Notes: generated by a model from the sequence alone, not told the origin. Positions 1 through 14,285 are shown, numbered from the stretch's first letter. The stretch: DNA of 64,000 nt from Utricularia gibba (GCA_002189035.1 NEEC01000010.1:1488001-1552000); one strand, 5' to 3'. Made by a program: numbers and translations.

Positions 1-630
1 GGCCTCGGCGCATTGAATCTGTTCGGTTGCCTCACTCTTGGTACCATGTTGAAGTACGATATGCTGCGGTTTGCTCTCTTGTTCATCAGAATGTTGCCTC
101 TTTTCTGATATGCCATTTTTGCTTGGAAGGCAAATGACTGTCGCCCCCAGCGGATTCGTGTCGTTTGTCGCCAGTATCTTCCCCTTGCTTCAGGTATGCA
201 TTTCATAGCATGATCCTTCATCGCTCCAGTTCGTTGAGTTTGTCAATTCTTCACCTCGCAGGTCTACGCTGGCTCCTTCTTCTTGATTCCACTGGTCCGG
301 TGGTTGTTTGTGCTAAACACAAACAATCAAATCGCGAAACGGAACACAACCAGGGAACAGTGTGCCAATGCACTTGAATCACCGGAACTTCCTCTCCGGC
401 GAAAGGTTACCATCCGATTACCTTGGACAATTGCTGCAATTTCATGCCCCTAGGTTACCGAAATCTCTATAAACTATCTTTTTCAGCTCCTGAGCGCGCG
501 AGACATGGCGCAGCGGACGTTTATCGGACAAGATAGAATCGTCTACAGCAGCGAAAGGGATCTGGTCGATCAAGACTACGACAGCAGGGACTGGGATCTG
601 AGATTCAAAGAGATCGAGAGATCGGACTGA
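1..630 (+). CDS. 3' part (last exons) of an At5g03900-like chloroplast protein; gene starts before the window
   Basis: Spliced GT-AG exons read GLGALNLFGCLTLGTMLK / QMTVAPSGFVSFVASIFPLLQ / VYAGSFFLIPLVRWLF..ALESPELPLRRK / LLSARDMAQRTFIGQDRIVYSSERDLVDQDYDSRDWDLRFKEIERSD* (last exon 487-630), matching the recalled C-terminus of At5g03900 homologs. Confidence 0.85.
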
Positions 631-1587
631 GTCGATTCGTTGCAGAGCCACATGGAAACGGCTGCTGCTGCCGCTGCCGCCGCCGCCTTTCTCCTTGCTG
701 TAAATTGCTTGGCAAACGCCGTGGCTGGTGTCCATGTAAACTGTTTAAAAACAATACGCAACTCGTAGCCCTGCTTTAAAAATGAGTTCTATAAATACCG
801 GGAACGGGCAAAGCCAGCTTCTGGTTTCATGGGCCCACCGCCGACCTCAGAATACCGAACCGGCTCAGTTTTTATAATTAAAATAATTTACTTTTTATTT
901 TTCGAAATGTAGAATATAAAATTTCCATTTTAAAAAATAATATATACATATATAATGAATTATTATTTTTATTCTATTATTATAAGATTTCGAATAATGG
1001 AAATCAAAATTTTTATCATTTTATGTATTATTATAAATTAATTTTTATTTCTAAATTTAAGAAATATCAACTTATTTTATTTTATCATTCTCGTTCTAAT
1101 TTTCGATTGGAACCTCGTGACCTCGATCCATCATATCGGATTTGATTCTGCTGCTGCTGTTGGTTGCTCTTCCTTCCTGGTGAGTTCGAGTTCCCGACTC
1201 GGGGTATTTGCGCCAAGCATTTCTTATTTTTTTTATTTAATTTTCGGCCTGTTATTCTGGTTGGCGATGAATCGATAGCTAGGATTTCGGAGGGGTAAGT
1301 TGGTTTTTTTTTTTTTTTTTTTTGGTTTCTTAGTTTGAGTGGGGTTGGGGAGTACATGGTTGCATGAACAAAATTTTCCGCTTGGAAACCCGTCTTCTTA
1401 GTGGTATTTTCCTGGTTATTTCAAAGTAAAGAACAATCTTTAACTCTGAGAGCTTCAAATATGCTGTTCGTCGAGAGTTTTGATGTGGTTGGTTTATAAA
1501 CGTGTAAGTTGAACTTTCTCATGGATGTCCAAAACGTTTATTGAGCAACACCGTTCACTTTTTTTTTGAATTTCCCTGAACAAGAGT

Positions 1588-2114
1588 ATGCCTGAGGTGA
1601 AGAAGACAAGCGGGGTGCGGGGTGATGTACTCAGATGGGTGGAATTGATTGAGCATGGAGACAAAAAGTCTTAATCTAGTTATATTTTCATTGCAGGTGA
1701 GCTTGATCACACGATGGAAAACGCAAATGTGAGCCCCTATGGCTTCTTTTCAGAATACCCATCAAAAGAATCGATCCATTTATGGCCTTTGTCATCGAAG
1801 AAAAGAAATATCCAAGGATTTGTACGAGTGCTGGTTGGGTCAGGGTCATGCCGATCGCAGTTTGAACACTAAATGGAAAAAGGTAAGCCAGCTATTACCT
1901 GTTGTCGTTGAAGCGACAGGAAAGATTCATTGTGAAGCACTAGTCCACACATCTCACTGTTACCTGTTGTACGGCAGTCAAGTTATGGAAGGCTCAGCTG
2001 CAGTCTCGAGATCACAATTCCCAAACATGTGCTTGTCCAGCCCCAAAGCTTTTCCGACGGGAGTGGAGTGCTTCCACTGCGGATGCGGTGGCTGTGCATG
2101 CAAGCGGCGACTAA
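1588..2114 (+). pseudogene. BUD31: BUD31/G10 splicing-factor pseudogene (introns retained, several frameshifts)
   Basis: Pieces in different frames reproduce BUD31: MPEVKK..ELIE; HDGKRKCEPLWLLFRI; HQKNRSIYGLCHRRKEISKDLYECWLGQGHADRSLNTKWKK; (intron 1883-1977) SSYGRLSC; SRDHNSQTCAC; VECFHCGCGGCA; SGD*. At least four frame changes are needed to join them. Confidence 0.88.
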
Positions 2115-2435
2115 CTGTTCTGGATTTGGATTGTCAGATGCTTTCCTGACTACAGGGAATTGGAGTAGGCGTTGTCTATTGCTGCAGTGTCCTTGTGGCT
2201 CTGTATCAGCAGCATCTGCAATCTGCATGCTGCAGCAGCCGCCATGGCCTTGCCGGTGAATTGAGTTTGCGATTGACGGGGTTTAAAGTGAAGAAGAAAC
2301 TGCTCACTTGAATAGCTTAGTTAAGCACCTAATATGCCCGAACAATTAGTAACAAAGCATCCAAATGGGATTAACAGAAGGATCAACTAGTGGGCTTTGG
2401 CGAAGTCAAATGAGGTTTGGTCGTGTTATTAGGAG

Positions 2436-4194
2436 TCACTGATCGTCCGCCGGCATCGGAATGTTGATGTCCGGCGACTGGCGGCGGATAACCGAAAGCG
2501 GCGGCCCAGAACCGTTCCAGTCAGTAGAAGTGGGGTTAGGCAAATCCCTGGCGCTCGACATGTGATTGCCTAGTCCGACATTATGAATGCTGCTGCCGCC
2601 GCTTTCCGGGGGTGCTTGTGATATCGGTGTTGCAGGTGTAACCGCCGTCATGGGTCGAGGGGCTCCCGGAGATACTCCCGGCTCGATGGGCGCCTTGCGT
2701 TTAGGAGAAATCTTCAAACCATTTGGGACGAAGCTTCCAACCACAATCTAGGACCACACAGCACATCCTATCGTAAGAAGGAACCTACATGAAACATAAC
2801 AATGCCGGAGTTCTTGCCTGAATGGGGCTGGCTGCTGTCAGCATTCCGGCTACTCCACCTCCGATCACACGACCATCCGGGCTAGCTAACGAGACGCTTA
2901 ATCCTCCGGAACGGCTCTTGATTCCACCGTTTTCCGAAACCGTGTATGACCCGGTTAAAGTCAAGATCTCAAACCTACCCTGCATTCATCAAGTTTGTTT
3001 CACTTTCATCAGTTTTTGAACGTTTTGCGAGGTGATATGGGAATAGCAGAGACCTCATATGTCAATAGACCACCGGACGAGCCCGGCTGCCGGAGGGTAA
3101 CATTCGACACCGGTCCGTTGGCCGAGAGAACACAGATCCCTTCATGCCCTCTCTGAGCAAAGGTCAGTATCTTACCCGCAACATCCTGCAACCAAACCTC
3201 AAAAACAGTACATTAGCACGGTGTACTTAGCAGCCAGGAGTAAGAGAATCCGCAACTGGACAAGTGTAAAAGGCACGGGAGATCCAGATGTTCCCAAACA
3301 TAAACATTTCTTACTAACGAACTGAACAGTGCTGCACATCACTACAGAAACTACTCTAAAGTTCTGATTTTTATTTACCTCCCCTGCTTCTACAGTGACC
3401 ACATGTGGAGTAAATTCCCCTCCTGCTGTGTTTACGAACAGATCCCCTGCAGAAACAGCAAAACGTAAGACAAATCCGTAAGGGAAACGGGGCGAGATTT
3501 AAAAGGGTGAAGTCAAAATCCCAGAAGATTACAAAAACTGAAGTAAATTGTAAGTTCCGATTCGACTGTAGAAATCAACCAGCGCCGTCAGATTTGGACA
3601 GCCGAGGCTTCAAGACAGAAGCTTGGGCCGAATTTTTGTTGGAAATGGGGAAGAAAAGAGAACTTTAACAGTAGATCTTTGGGTAAAAATGGGCGGTCTA
3701 TTCGCATGTGAGAAATGGGAGATGAACTTACCCAAAGAGGCAAGCACTTGCCAGTTGCCGGAGCCCGGGGGCCGACCACGGCCGCGTTTTGGGCCGGACG
3801 GAATCTCGTACGACGGCGGAGTCGAGAGAGTAAAGCCTGCCGGAAGAGTCGCGGGAGATGGTTTGATGTACGACGGATTAAGATTCCCATCGGCATCATA
3901 CTTTCTTGGTCTCCCTCGTTTCTTCTTCCCCCCTGACGAGTCCCCGTTTCCCCTGCCGCGACTCGCAGCTGAACCAACACCCACAACCCCGCCCAGAACT
4001 CCGCTACCCACCGGTACGGCAGGTAAGTTCGGCGCCGGCGCGGCGTTCATTTCCATGCTAATGTTCATGTTAAGCACTCCAGGAATGCCCGCGTCGCTCC
4101 GGCCGAAGGAATCTCCGCCGGTGGAAGGTGAATCCAACTCCGGGTTACCACTTAACGACCCAGAATCCGTGGTTTCTCTATCATCCACCTCCAT
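2436..4194 (-). CDS. AHL: AT-hook motif nuclear-localized protein (clade B AHL: two AT-hooks + PPC/DUF296), 5 exons
   Basis: KKKRGRPRKY and KRGRGRPPGSG AT-hooks; PPC exons FTPHVVTVEAGE / DVAGKILTFAQRGHEGICVLSANG / GRFEILTLTGSY..GGGVAGMLTAASPIQ / VVGSFVP. ATG at 4194. Confidence 0.95.
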
Positions 4195-7100
4195 GATTTC
4201 TTCAAATTTTGGGAACCAAAAAATTTGACCAAGCACACAACAACGATTTCGGCTTTTGGCGCCTTCACTGGAAACCTTGTAATGCGAAATGTTCACGGCA
4301 TTGAGCTTGAGTTCCCTCCAATCTCCATTAATGGAGTTTAGAAAAAGGAACAGCGAGAGAAAAAATAATTAAAAAAGGACGAAAACGCAAAAGAGGACGG
4401 ATTTCAATATTCCTTTTTTATTACTGGCAAAATATTAATAATAAATATTCCAACTTTATTTTAAATGCGGTGACAATTAATTATTCATTTTATTTTCATT
4501 TATTGCCAAATAATTCAACTAATTTGCGTCCAAATACAAAGATCACCATTACAGAATTCAAAATATTATTAAAAATATTTAAAAATTAATTAGCAGTTCC
4601 CCATAGCACCTAATTTTCCTTTTAAAACGAATTAGTGTCCTTTTTCCTTCAAATATTCTCTCTATCTTTTTTTTTTCAAAAGCTGATGAGTTTATTTAAA
4701 AATTGGTTACAACTTGCTATTCACCTTTCACCTTGAACCACCTTTTTGTATCTCTTTTTTGGTCACAAATTACACTTATTTTATTTGCATAATTAAAAAA
4801 GTACATGAGGTTTCGCTTGAAATTTATTTTATGTAGAATTGTGTATTAAAAATGTGTATTTTTTATTTATTAATGAATTTAAATGGAACCCGATATAATG
4901 ATTTGAAACGTATTCAATAATATTTAATTTTATTTTTAATTAATTAAAAAGATTGGACTGGTTGGTGTATCAAATGAGTATCCGCGTGATGAAATGCGGG
5001 AGATCTGCACACCTGGTTCGGAATGTGGTTATGGGTGCAACCTTATGGGACCATGTGGTGACCAAAATGTGACGTGTGTTTTATAGTATATTTTTAATTC
5101 ATAATATATTTAAATAAATATGATTATAGTTAAAAACTACGAATAATATATATATATATATGATGAATAAGTATTTAATATGTTGCTCTGCTCTATTAGA
5201 TATATTTATAATATTTTTTTTAAAAAAACCGATATTCATTTAATTAAAAAAACTCATATGAATTAAGAATGTATTTGGTAAAAAATATAAAGATGAATAA
5301 TAAAATTGGAAAAAGAAAACATGATGTTTGATAAATAGGATAAATTATATTTTTATAAATATGAGATAAAAAGTTAAGTTTTGGTATAAAATTATCATGT
5401 AACATATATCTTTTTTATATACTTATTTTATTTTTGATATAGTTTATCCATGTATTAAATGCATTCTAATAGTTTTAATAATATGGACAACAATGTTATA
5501 TAATTATCTTACAAATCATATGCAAAAGCAAACATGATTTTTGATAGGCATACATTTAAAGTCGAAAACAAATCTATCAAACATAACTTTGGTTGTATTT
5601 ACGTTCCATCCAACTGATTCCAAATAAAGTTTCATCTGATTAGGTTCGATCATTCGACTCCAACTGAATTTCCATGTCATTAGATTAAGAGTCTTGAACT
5701 TTAAATGAAATCTTTTGTCATTAGGCATCGAAAGCTTGAACAACAAACACTAGTTCTACATAACAAGTGACAACTTCACATTTTTAGAATATATTGGGTA
5801 TATAATTCAACCTTAAAAAAGTTTAAATTGAAATTATACGATTTTCTATAAAGAAGAATCGCTTTTAAATATTTTATTTTTTATGACAAAATTGTTTGTA
5901 AAATGCTTCTAAAAAAACGAAAATTGTTTCAAACATAATCTTAATATCGTTGCTTTTTTAATAGTATTAAAAAAAAAGAAAGAAACAACAAAACGGCGAC
6001 GTTTTGTGGTAAAGAAACAGAACATTCAACTTTTGTTACATTGCTTTATTATTACACAGAATAATGCCTGGATAACATTTTTTGACAAAATAATTGCCTA
6101 CTAATACATTTTGAAGTAGACCTTAATGACTTTTATTTTATCTACTTTAAAGGGGAATATTTTTATTTGACTTTTTTCGGGGATATGGGAATATGAAAAA
6201 AGGTAAAAAAATTAAAAAAATCTAATAAACCTTTATTTTTTTTTTATATCTTAGTAGTTGGCCGATTAAAAAGGGAAATAATTAATTAAATAGCAATAAA
6301 GAGAATGGTGGCGTGGCAGTGCCAAGAATTAGTTGAGAAGGGAGGGTGAAATGGGCAATGCACCTTAAAAAGCGAGGGCAAAAGCGTGAAACCACAATCA
6401 ACATTATTATATCATTCATAATTATTATTTAATCATAGTAATTGGTTCCAAAGAGAACCTTCGTGAGGGCGCTTTTGATCAAAAGCACATGTTCCATACC
6501 ACGTTCAGTACGCTACTGTTACACCCTGCCCTAATTTTAAAATCCCACGCTTACTCTATTTTGGGGCATCATTATTTATCCTTTTTTAATATAAAAGAAA
6601 ATTAATAATTTTATTTCATAATTTTTAAAAAATAAAAAAAATGGAGTAGTGAGTTTGACTTGATCTCCTCGTGCTCAGCAAATAATAATGGAGAGATCAC
6701 GTGGTTATCGCTTTTGGGTTTCCTTTTTCTTTAACAAAATGCAAATAAAAATGAAAAGAATTGCTTTTTTTTTCTAGTACGGCACGATATTAAATGCAAC
6801 CCTTTCTTTCTTTTTTTTTTAATTGCATTTGCATTTCAAATTTCAAAATTCACCGAATAGGACAATCTTTTTTTACTGCTGTCGAACTGTTAAAAAACAT
6901 CGCATTTAAAGCGATGCTTTTTAACTCATGCATCTCTGTTTTTTTCCTGCTTTTTTTTTTCGAGAATAATGGCGCTGCATTATCCAACAGTTAATGATTT
7001 CCCAAAATTGTGCCTTGGAGCGCGTGAAAATACGAATATTAAAAAATATAGATGATCGTCTGGTTGTATAATTTAAATATATTATTAAATATTTAAATAA

Positions 7101-9553
7101 TATATGTGAATGGGATAAAGACATATGGATTCAACAAGTTGATAAATAAAAAATCAAATAAATAAATAAATTTGGGATACATAAATTTTACCTTGGAATA
7201 CGTGATTTCTATATTCTGAAATCGAGTAATATAATATTACCTATCATATATAAAATGTGATTTAGTTAAAGTTGATATAGATATGTTAAATTTTTAGATA
7301 TTATTTAATTATTGATATTAAAAATGAAATTAACTGATTTTAATTAAACGAAATAAGGATGCATTTTTTAATAAACTCACGTACACTAGATTAACGAATA
7401 CATGTATAATTCTAAATTTATTTAAACCTACCTACTAAATATCTTGTAATTTATAATATTATTTTTAACCTAACTACGATTATTTTAATCTGAACTCTTT
7501 AATCTCAAGGTCATTTGGATCAAAATTTTACATATAATATAACCATTTTTTCATGCATTTAAACTGTGGGCGCTTTTCTAAAACATCATTAATCTCACTA
7601 TGGCGTGTTGGATCAAATTACAAAAATAAAAAAAGGTTTTCTTTTTTTTTGAAATGGTACAGGGGTAATAAATATGGGGGATTGTGAAGATCGTGTTTAT
7701 AAATATAGAGTAAAGTGTTATTATTACGTGACGGGGTGCATAATGCAGGCAATCATTGAACCTAAACGTATAATGTCCTATGTGCTATTATGATTTTAAC
7801 AGCTAATGTTCGCAATTATCGTGGCATTTTATTTAACTTAAGGGGCACTTTTCATTATGCTACACTTCCTCTCTCAAATTAAAATGCTACAGTAACAGTA
7901 CCCCTCCCCTCCCTTTTTCTAGCTTTAAAGTGAAGTTTGGTTGAATTTGGAAGATGTGGGGCACCCGACCCGGCTGCCCTTATTTCGCAAAATTGGATTT
8001 TGGGTTAGTTACAGAATAATAATTTAATGTTTATCGAAATTGAGAATTAAAACATTATATTATCTTTTTGTTGGAGACAGGGACACGTGGTTTCAGTTTT
8101 TTGTTCGTCAGGGTGCATGCATATATATAAATATTTTTGATGAATAATGAAATGCTACTCCATTGTTGCGTATGGGACTGGCCGTGGTTGTACCGGACGC
8201 CCATATATATTATAATTTTGTTGTCCCTTGGAAACTATTTAAAAAAAAAGATAAAATTTAAATCTACTGCAGACTAAGTTCACGTGTTTTTCTTTTCTTG
8301 TTTTTTGGATTTTTAGTTTTATATTCGAAGCCAAGCCCGACCCGTCTATTATTATTAATTATATTATTATTAGTATTATTTAGGCTTCGGTTTGTGTTGG
8401 AGAGGTTGGGTGTGAAACCGCAGGCCCAATAAGGGTAAGGGGATGGTTCGGTCCATGTAGCGCTGGTGCAGGATGGACCCAACCACATTTATCATTTAAT
8501 TATGCCCATAAAATCAAATATATTATTTTTATTAAATAATGGCAATTAAACACATCATTTTCATAGATCTAGTAGATAAATTAATTTTTATTATGATCCA
8601 CATTTGAGTGTGAAGACATCGACGAGGAGGACTTCCTGTCCATGCGGCACGCTACGAAGAGGGCGGCCCCATGGTGAAGTGAAAAGAGTTTTTTTCAAAG
8701 CGCATCACACTTTTTTTCATATAAATAAAAAAAATCAAATTAATTGTCCTAATATTTCATGTAACCACCCATCATTTTTCATTTAATATATTCAATTCTT
8801 ATAGTTTTATGTTTTTTTCTTCCGAAAAAAAAGATCTCTGGAGTATTCATTTATTTAAACATATTTTTTATGTCCATTATTTAAATCATGATCAATTTAA
8901 CCTCCAATTGTATTCAATTATTTTATAAAAAATTAAAAAAATAGATTTATAAAATTATGTTTATTGTTAATATATTATAATTCATGGTAAATATAATTAG
9001 AAAATAATGAATTTAAATTCAATTGTTATAAAAAAAGTTTAATAAAAATTTATTGAATTGGTTTTTAAAACTATAATTGGAAAATCGAATTTGTCGGTTG
9101 GTCGTTGGTCTTTGCATGTAACATGTGAATTCATATTAAATCCAAGAATTGTTCTTATTATTAATATTTTGGATATTTCTATGGAAAATGATGACGTGGA
9201 TGCGATAGGATACGCATAGTCAGCCCCATCCTCGCTTATCTGGAAAGGGGTCTGCAGTGGTTCGCCGGTACGACAAGGAAAAATGCACGTACCGTGACCG
9301 GTAGTACAAAAATTATGATATTTTTTTTATTTAATAAATAAAAATAAATGTTGGGTCTATATAAATGGAATGATCCCTTTCTTCAACGCGGAGAAGAAGA
9401 AAGAATAAAGAACGGTGGCAGAACGCGCAAGGCAGCACATGTTCTCCTCTTCACCACGCTTCTCGAGTCTTCCATGACGGCGTCGCTCAACCGCCTCTGC
9501 CGGAGGATTCCATTGTAGAAGGTATAGGGGCTGAGGGATACGTTTTCTTGTAT

Positions 9554-11171
9554 ATGGGGGCGTCATTTTCGAGTCTCACCGACGGCAGTTCTCAGAGCGC
9601 CGGGCCGGGTCTTGGGGATATTCCGGAAAGCTGTGTGGCTAGTGTGTTTCTTTATCTCACGCCGCCGGAGATATGCAACTTGGCGAGGCTGAATCGCGCC
9701 TTTCGCGGCGCGGCTTCCTCGGATACCGTTTGGGCTCCGAAGCTTCCGTCAAATTACCAAATCATTCTTCAACTCCTCCGGCATCTCGATACTGATGAGA
9801 ATCTCAGCAAGAAGGATGCGTTTATTAGGCTTTCGCGCCCTCTCCCCTTCCATGGCGACAAGGCATGTCTGATGAATCTTTGATAATGCTGGTTTAATTC
9901 GACTTATAAATACTTTTTCGGCATATTTTTCTGTGGTCCTTTCTCATATGTATTTCTTCTCAATTGAGCCTGATGCTTTCCGGAGCTGCACGTTGCATCT
10001 TTTACCCTGGCAATTGATTCCAAAGCAGTGATCTTTAATGCTGAAACCACTATGGATTTCGTTGAGAGTCCGCACTACCTTACTTGCCTGTCATATGAAC
10101 TAAGTTATAGAATTATTGTTGACTCCTATTACTGACGGGACATTCCTTATTCATTTTTTATTCTATCCATTCTCATCTTTTGGAATTTCCAAGTTAATTG
10201 AAGTGGTTGCTAAGTAGATTTTATGTTTCTAGGCTCTCTAAATATGTTCCGGTGCTGATGTAATGCGTGAATCTTTCCTTATGGAAACACATGCATTGTG
10301 GATAGTTTTAACTTTTTAAGAAAACTATATCGGGCTTAAAGTTTCTATTCTGAGGAAAATCAACCTGTGGGTTTCATGCCTGCTTTCCTAGATATCTTTT
10401 CTAAGTCTCTTTTGTGATGCAGCTGGTATGGCTCGATAAGTTCACTGGGAAAATTCATATGCTGGTATCGGCCAGGGCAATGGCGATAACCGGAATTGAT
10501 GACAGGAGATACTGGACATTTATTCCAACAGAAGAATCCAGGTTAGCTCATTTTTTGATATATTTTCCCTGTATGTTTCCATCTATGATTACAGGAACAT
10601 TCAAAAGTTGCGTTTTGGTAACTGGATTTCGCTTATCCAGGAAACTTCTTTTGGTATTTCATGTTTGAAGATTATCAACAGTACTGCAATGTGCTGAATC
10701 TCTGGGATGTTATGTGCTTGCAGATTTAATGAAGTAGCTTATTTGCAGCAAATATGGTGGTTTGAGGTTGAAGGTGGGGTGAGTTTCCCCTTTCCTCCGG
10801 GTATATACACAGTCTCCTTCAGGATTCACCTTGGTAGAACCTCCAAAAGATTAGGGCGCCATGTTACAAATTTTGAGCATACCCATGGTTGGGACATCAG
10901 GCCAGCGAAATTCGAAATGTCGACATCAAATGGCCAGCAAGCATCCATGGAATGCTTCGTAGATGACCCTCAACCAGAGGGCTCCAATGGAAATCACAGA
11001 CATGGATGCTGGACAGAATACAAAGTAGGTGAATTTATAGTTTCTGAATCAGACCTTGAAACCCAAGTCAGATTTTCCATGAAACAAATCGACTGCACGC
11101 ATTCTAAAGGGGGGCTGTGCGTGGATGCCGTTTCAATCACCCCTCAGGAGCACAGAAAAGGTGGAATTTAG
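9554..11171 (+). CDS. PP2-A15: F-box / phloem protein 2 protein PP2-A15-like, 3 exons (9554-9862, 10423-10541, 10724-11171)
   Basis: [45 protein letters not shown]-box; PP2 domain [39 protein letters not shown]. Exons join in frame using a GC donor at 9863. Confidence 0.93.
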
Positions 11172-11833
11172 AAGCCCCATTGGTATGCTCCTTTTTCTTT
11201 GTACTGTAGGTACCATCCATGTAATTGGTCTATAATCTTGTAACTGATGCGGTAGGTTAGGTTCTTATACTACACTCGAGAAGATTAATGTCTGCCTGCT
11301 TCTTCATTGATTTTTTTTTTCTTTTTGCGGGTAAAACTGTAACCACAAGTATACTTGTCGAAATATCCACAGTGGAAGCAGATGAAGATACTTGTAATTG
11401 ATTCAGTTGGATGCTTGAGCTGCTTTTTTTTGGATGCTTGAGCTGCTTTCTAATGCATTCTTCAGCTATGGATCAGTTGACTGTTGTCGACTGCGTGCAG
11501 TCATTTCTCACCCGTCTTATGAGGAGGGAGCACCGCGGTTGCTTAATGCATTTCCTGTGTAGGCGAAGCTGCTCTCCAGGGAATGCAGTTGAACCATGCC
11601 CACTTCACCTGTTGGCCTGGCTGCTGTAGCAAGTAGCGTTAGTGGGCTTATAAACCGAGTTGGGCCTGACAGATCCGCACAGCACGCAATACTATTTTCA
11701 GCCCAAAACTCACCCCTTTGATTTTCTGAAAAAACTAGTTAGATTTTAGGGTTTGACCGTACCGTCGAGTGTAGTAGCATCAAATGTATTCATGACTAGG
11801 GTTCATAGTATTTTGTGTGTTGATGAAAATTGA

Positions 11834-13010
11834 TTTTTTTGATCGGTTCTTATTACTAGAAATCATACATCTCATTACACTTCTACATAAAGTAGTCTCT
11901 CTTATTTGCTATACACCAGGGCTCTAAAGCCCCTGTATCTATCGTCCCAAGCAGTGTGATTTGATTGTGGAATTGCATACTACACTCACATGACACGTAA
12001 TCCATTCTTTCCAAATCAGTCTACTGGAGTCAAGTTTGTTTCTCTTGTTTATCCAGGAGAAGGTAAAGAATTGAATGTTGCTGAAAGTTAGTGAAATCGG
12101 ATCTTCTCTATGGTAGAAAACTTTAGTGTTTCATCGCCTCCATATCAGCCATATTGTTATGTAGATCAGGGATCGTAGAACAGATCCTACTTGTTCAGCA
12201 CACCTGCCACCATACACAATGCTAATAGGTATGCCAATGGAGTTGTCTGAATGAACCATCACCACATATTCTGTCGAGATTTGTATTTGGCTCCAGATGG
12301 CACTTGCACGACATTTGAAAATGGCATGTTGGGCATCTTCAGTTTAAGAGTTGCACATCACACAAACTAATGGTATATTCACTATCTCTTAGCCTCAGGT
12401 TCATCGCAATTGCCAGACTGGAATACAACAACCTTCATACACACTTCACTTTAGATGGAATTAATCTTTTACACCTATGTTTTTTTAACGGTTGAGTCAA
12501 TCTTTCTTAAAAACTTCTCAATAACTAAAGTGGCTTTCTTGACATTGAAAACTCCATCAACCCCCTCAATAAATGTTACACTGTCCCCTACTCTCAAGAA
12601 ATTTACTTGGCACATAATGTTTTCCAAATTTTGAAGCTCGTGCAATGCTTGATAACTCGGTTGGCATCGCCACTCCATTATCCAATACCACTCCTCACCA
12701 GCCAACGAACCCATCTCTGCACTCCCTATTCGTAGCTAAATCAAATAGTCTTGGAAACTTAATATTAAAATATGTATCTCCTATCCATACATCATGCCAA
12801 AACTTAATCTGATTTACTTGATGAATAAACCACTTGAGCTGTGCATACAGTGGTTTTCCAGCAGCTTCCCAATATTTTCCAATATGATATATTCTTTTCC
12901 ATGTCAATTTGCAACTATCATGTACATTCGAAACTGACAGACCATCCATTAGATCATATATACCAACTATGATTCTACTCCACAGCACCTTATCTTCTAT
13001 GTTAAAAATC
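11834..13010 (-). mobile_element. 5'-truncated, degenerate L1-type LINE (zf-RVT end region)
   Basis: Minus-strand remnants LWSRII..KFWHDVWIGD..KFPRLFDL and CVMCNS.TEDAQHAIFKC typical of plant L1 ORF2 C-terminus. T7 tract plus gatcgg at 11834 is the poly(A) end, and is absent at the equivalent site of the duplicate (~22771). Right boundary approximate. Confidence 0.75.
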
Positions 13011-13149
13011 TACATCATCATTTATAAAGAAGAACAATGTTTTTAGCTTTCAAACTTGAAATTCCTAACCTACCTTCTTGTGGGGCTTGGGATAGACAAA
13101 TAATCACCATATTTTTATTTATCATAACATTATGATCAATTTATATATA

Positions 13150-13400
13150 TATGGTGCCCACGTGTCACCACTAGAAGGTTGATGACTTTCTAATACATCC
13201 CCCTTAGTCATCTTGACCCATTGATTGGCTCCGTCAATTGCGTATGTGGACCCCATATAAAAAATTATTGACGGTGGTTCTCCTGTCATCAACAATCAAT
13301 TCAGGTGTCGGGCGGTCACATAATGTGTACTCAAAGGGGTACTTGGTCATACTGAACCCCGCTAAATTATTAAAATTTGTATGATTAGTCTCTAATAACA
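13150..13400. repeat. Dispersed MITE-like repeat; diverged relative at ~22790-22990
   Basis: Collinear shared blocks tcatcttgac, gtcaattgcgta, tcaggtg, atgtgtact-aaag, attaaaatt-gtat-ttagtct. No TIR/TSD resolved. Confidence 0.4.
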
Positions 13401-14285
13401 TTTAATAAAAATAGTATATTTGATCTTTGTTAACAAAATTAGTCCCAAAATTTTATTGTATTGAAAATATTTAATTATTATCAATTTATAATGTGTATCT
13501 CCAATTATATGTTTTTCTACCATTCACTATCGCACGCCGCCGAGATCATGCACGTCACTCCCCCAATGCTGACCATCCCCTGAACGGGGCGGGGCAGCAA
13601 TGCGACACGAGTGTGGATGCAACTAGGGACGGAGCTACGGTATATAATATTAAATATAATTTTGTAAGGACTAATTATGAAAAATAAGACTATCCACGTA
13701 ATTTTTCGATTGACTGCTTTATACTTATAGGGAATAATTTAGAGGATGTTATAGTATAGCATACAAAATTTATATTCAAGTTTATACATAAATTATTATT
13801 TAATTAAGTAATATATGTATGACAATGTTATATGATTATATAACTCATTTTGAGTATATAGCTAGTGTAAACAAATGGAGGGTGGGCGATCAATAATATC
13901 TATATTACTCTTATATCCGAATTTATATTTTTGAATATCAAATATTATATTCAATTGAGTACATATATAAATTAATTATATTATATTTAAACATACTAAT
14001 ACCCTAACATCAAATGAACTCTTATAAATTTCATTGACGGTATGATGTGTATATAATTTAGAAAATGAGAATGTCCATATAAATGTTTGTTATTTTTTTA
14101 TTTCATAATAAAAAAATGACTAAATTTTGAAATAATTGGGAGTTATACTATTGTAGACGACTAGACCCAATTGTTTTTGAATTAAGAGGGCGACGTTGTT
14201 GGCTACAACCCTAGAATAAACAATTGACATCAATTGTCTGTTAAGACAAAATTTTTCAATTTTGAAAATGAGAAATCTGACCAGA

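Noticed and set aside
2236-2256. miR169-like 21-mer (cagccgccatggccttgccgg)
   Set aside because: The central third mismatches miR169 and no complementary star arm is evident.
1739-2259. Spliced 141-aa Cys-rich novel ORF (1739-1882 + 1978-2259)
   Set aside because: It is a by-product of frameshifted BUD31 sequence; only its first exon is in the BUD31 frame.
3623-4228. 201-aa plus-strand ORF, and similar long opposite-strand or alternative-frame ORFs over UGT73, ALS3 and EXO70H
   Set aside because: Shadow ORFs of GC-rich coding exons, with no recognisable motifs.
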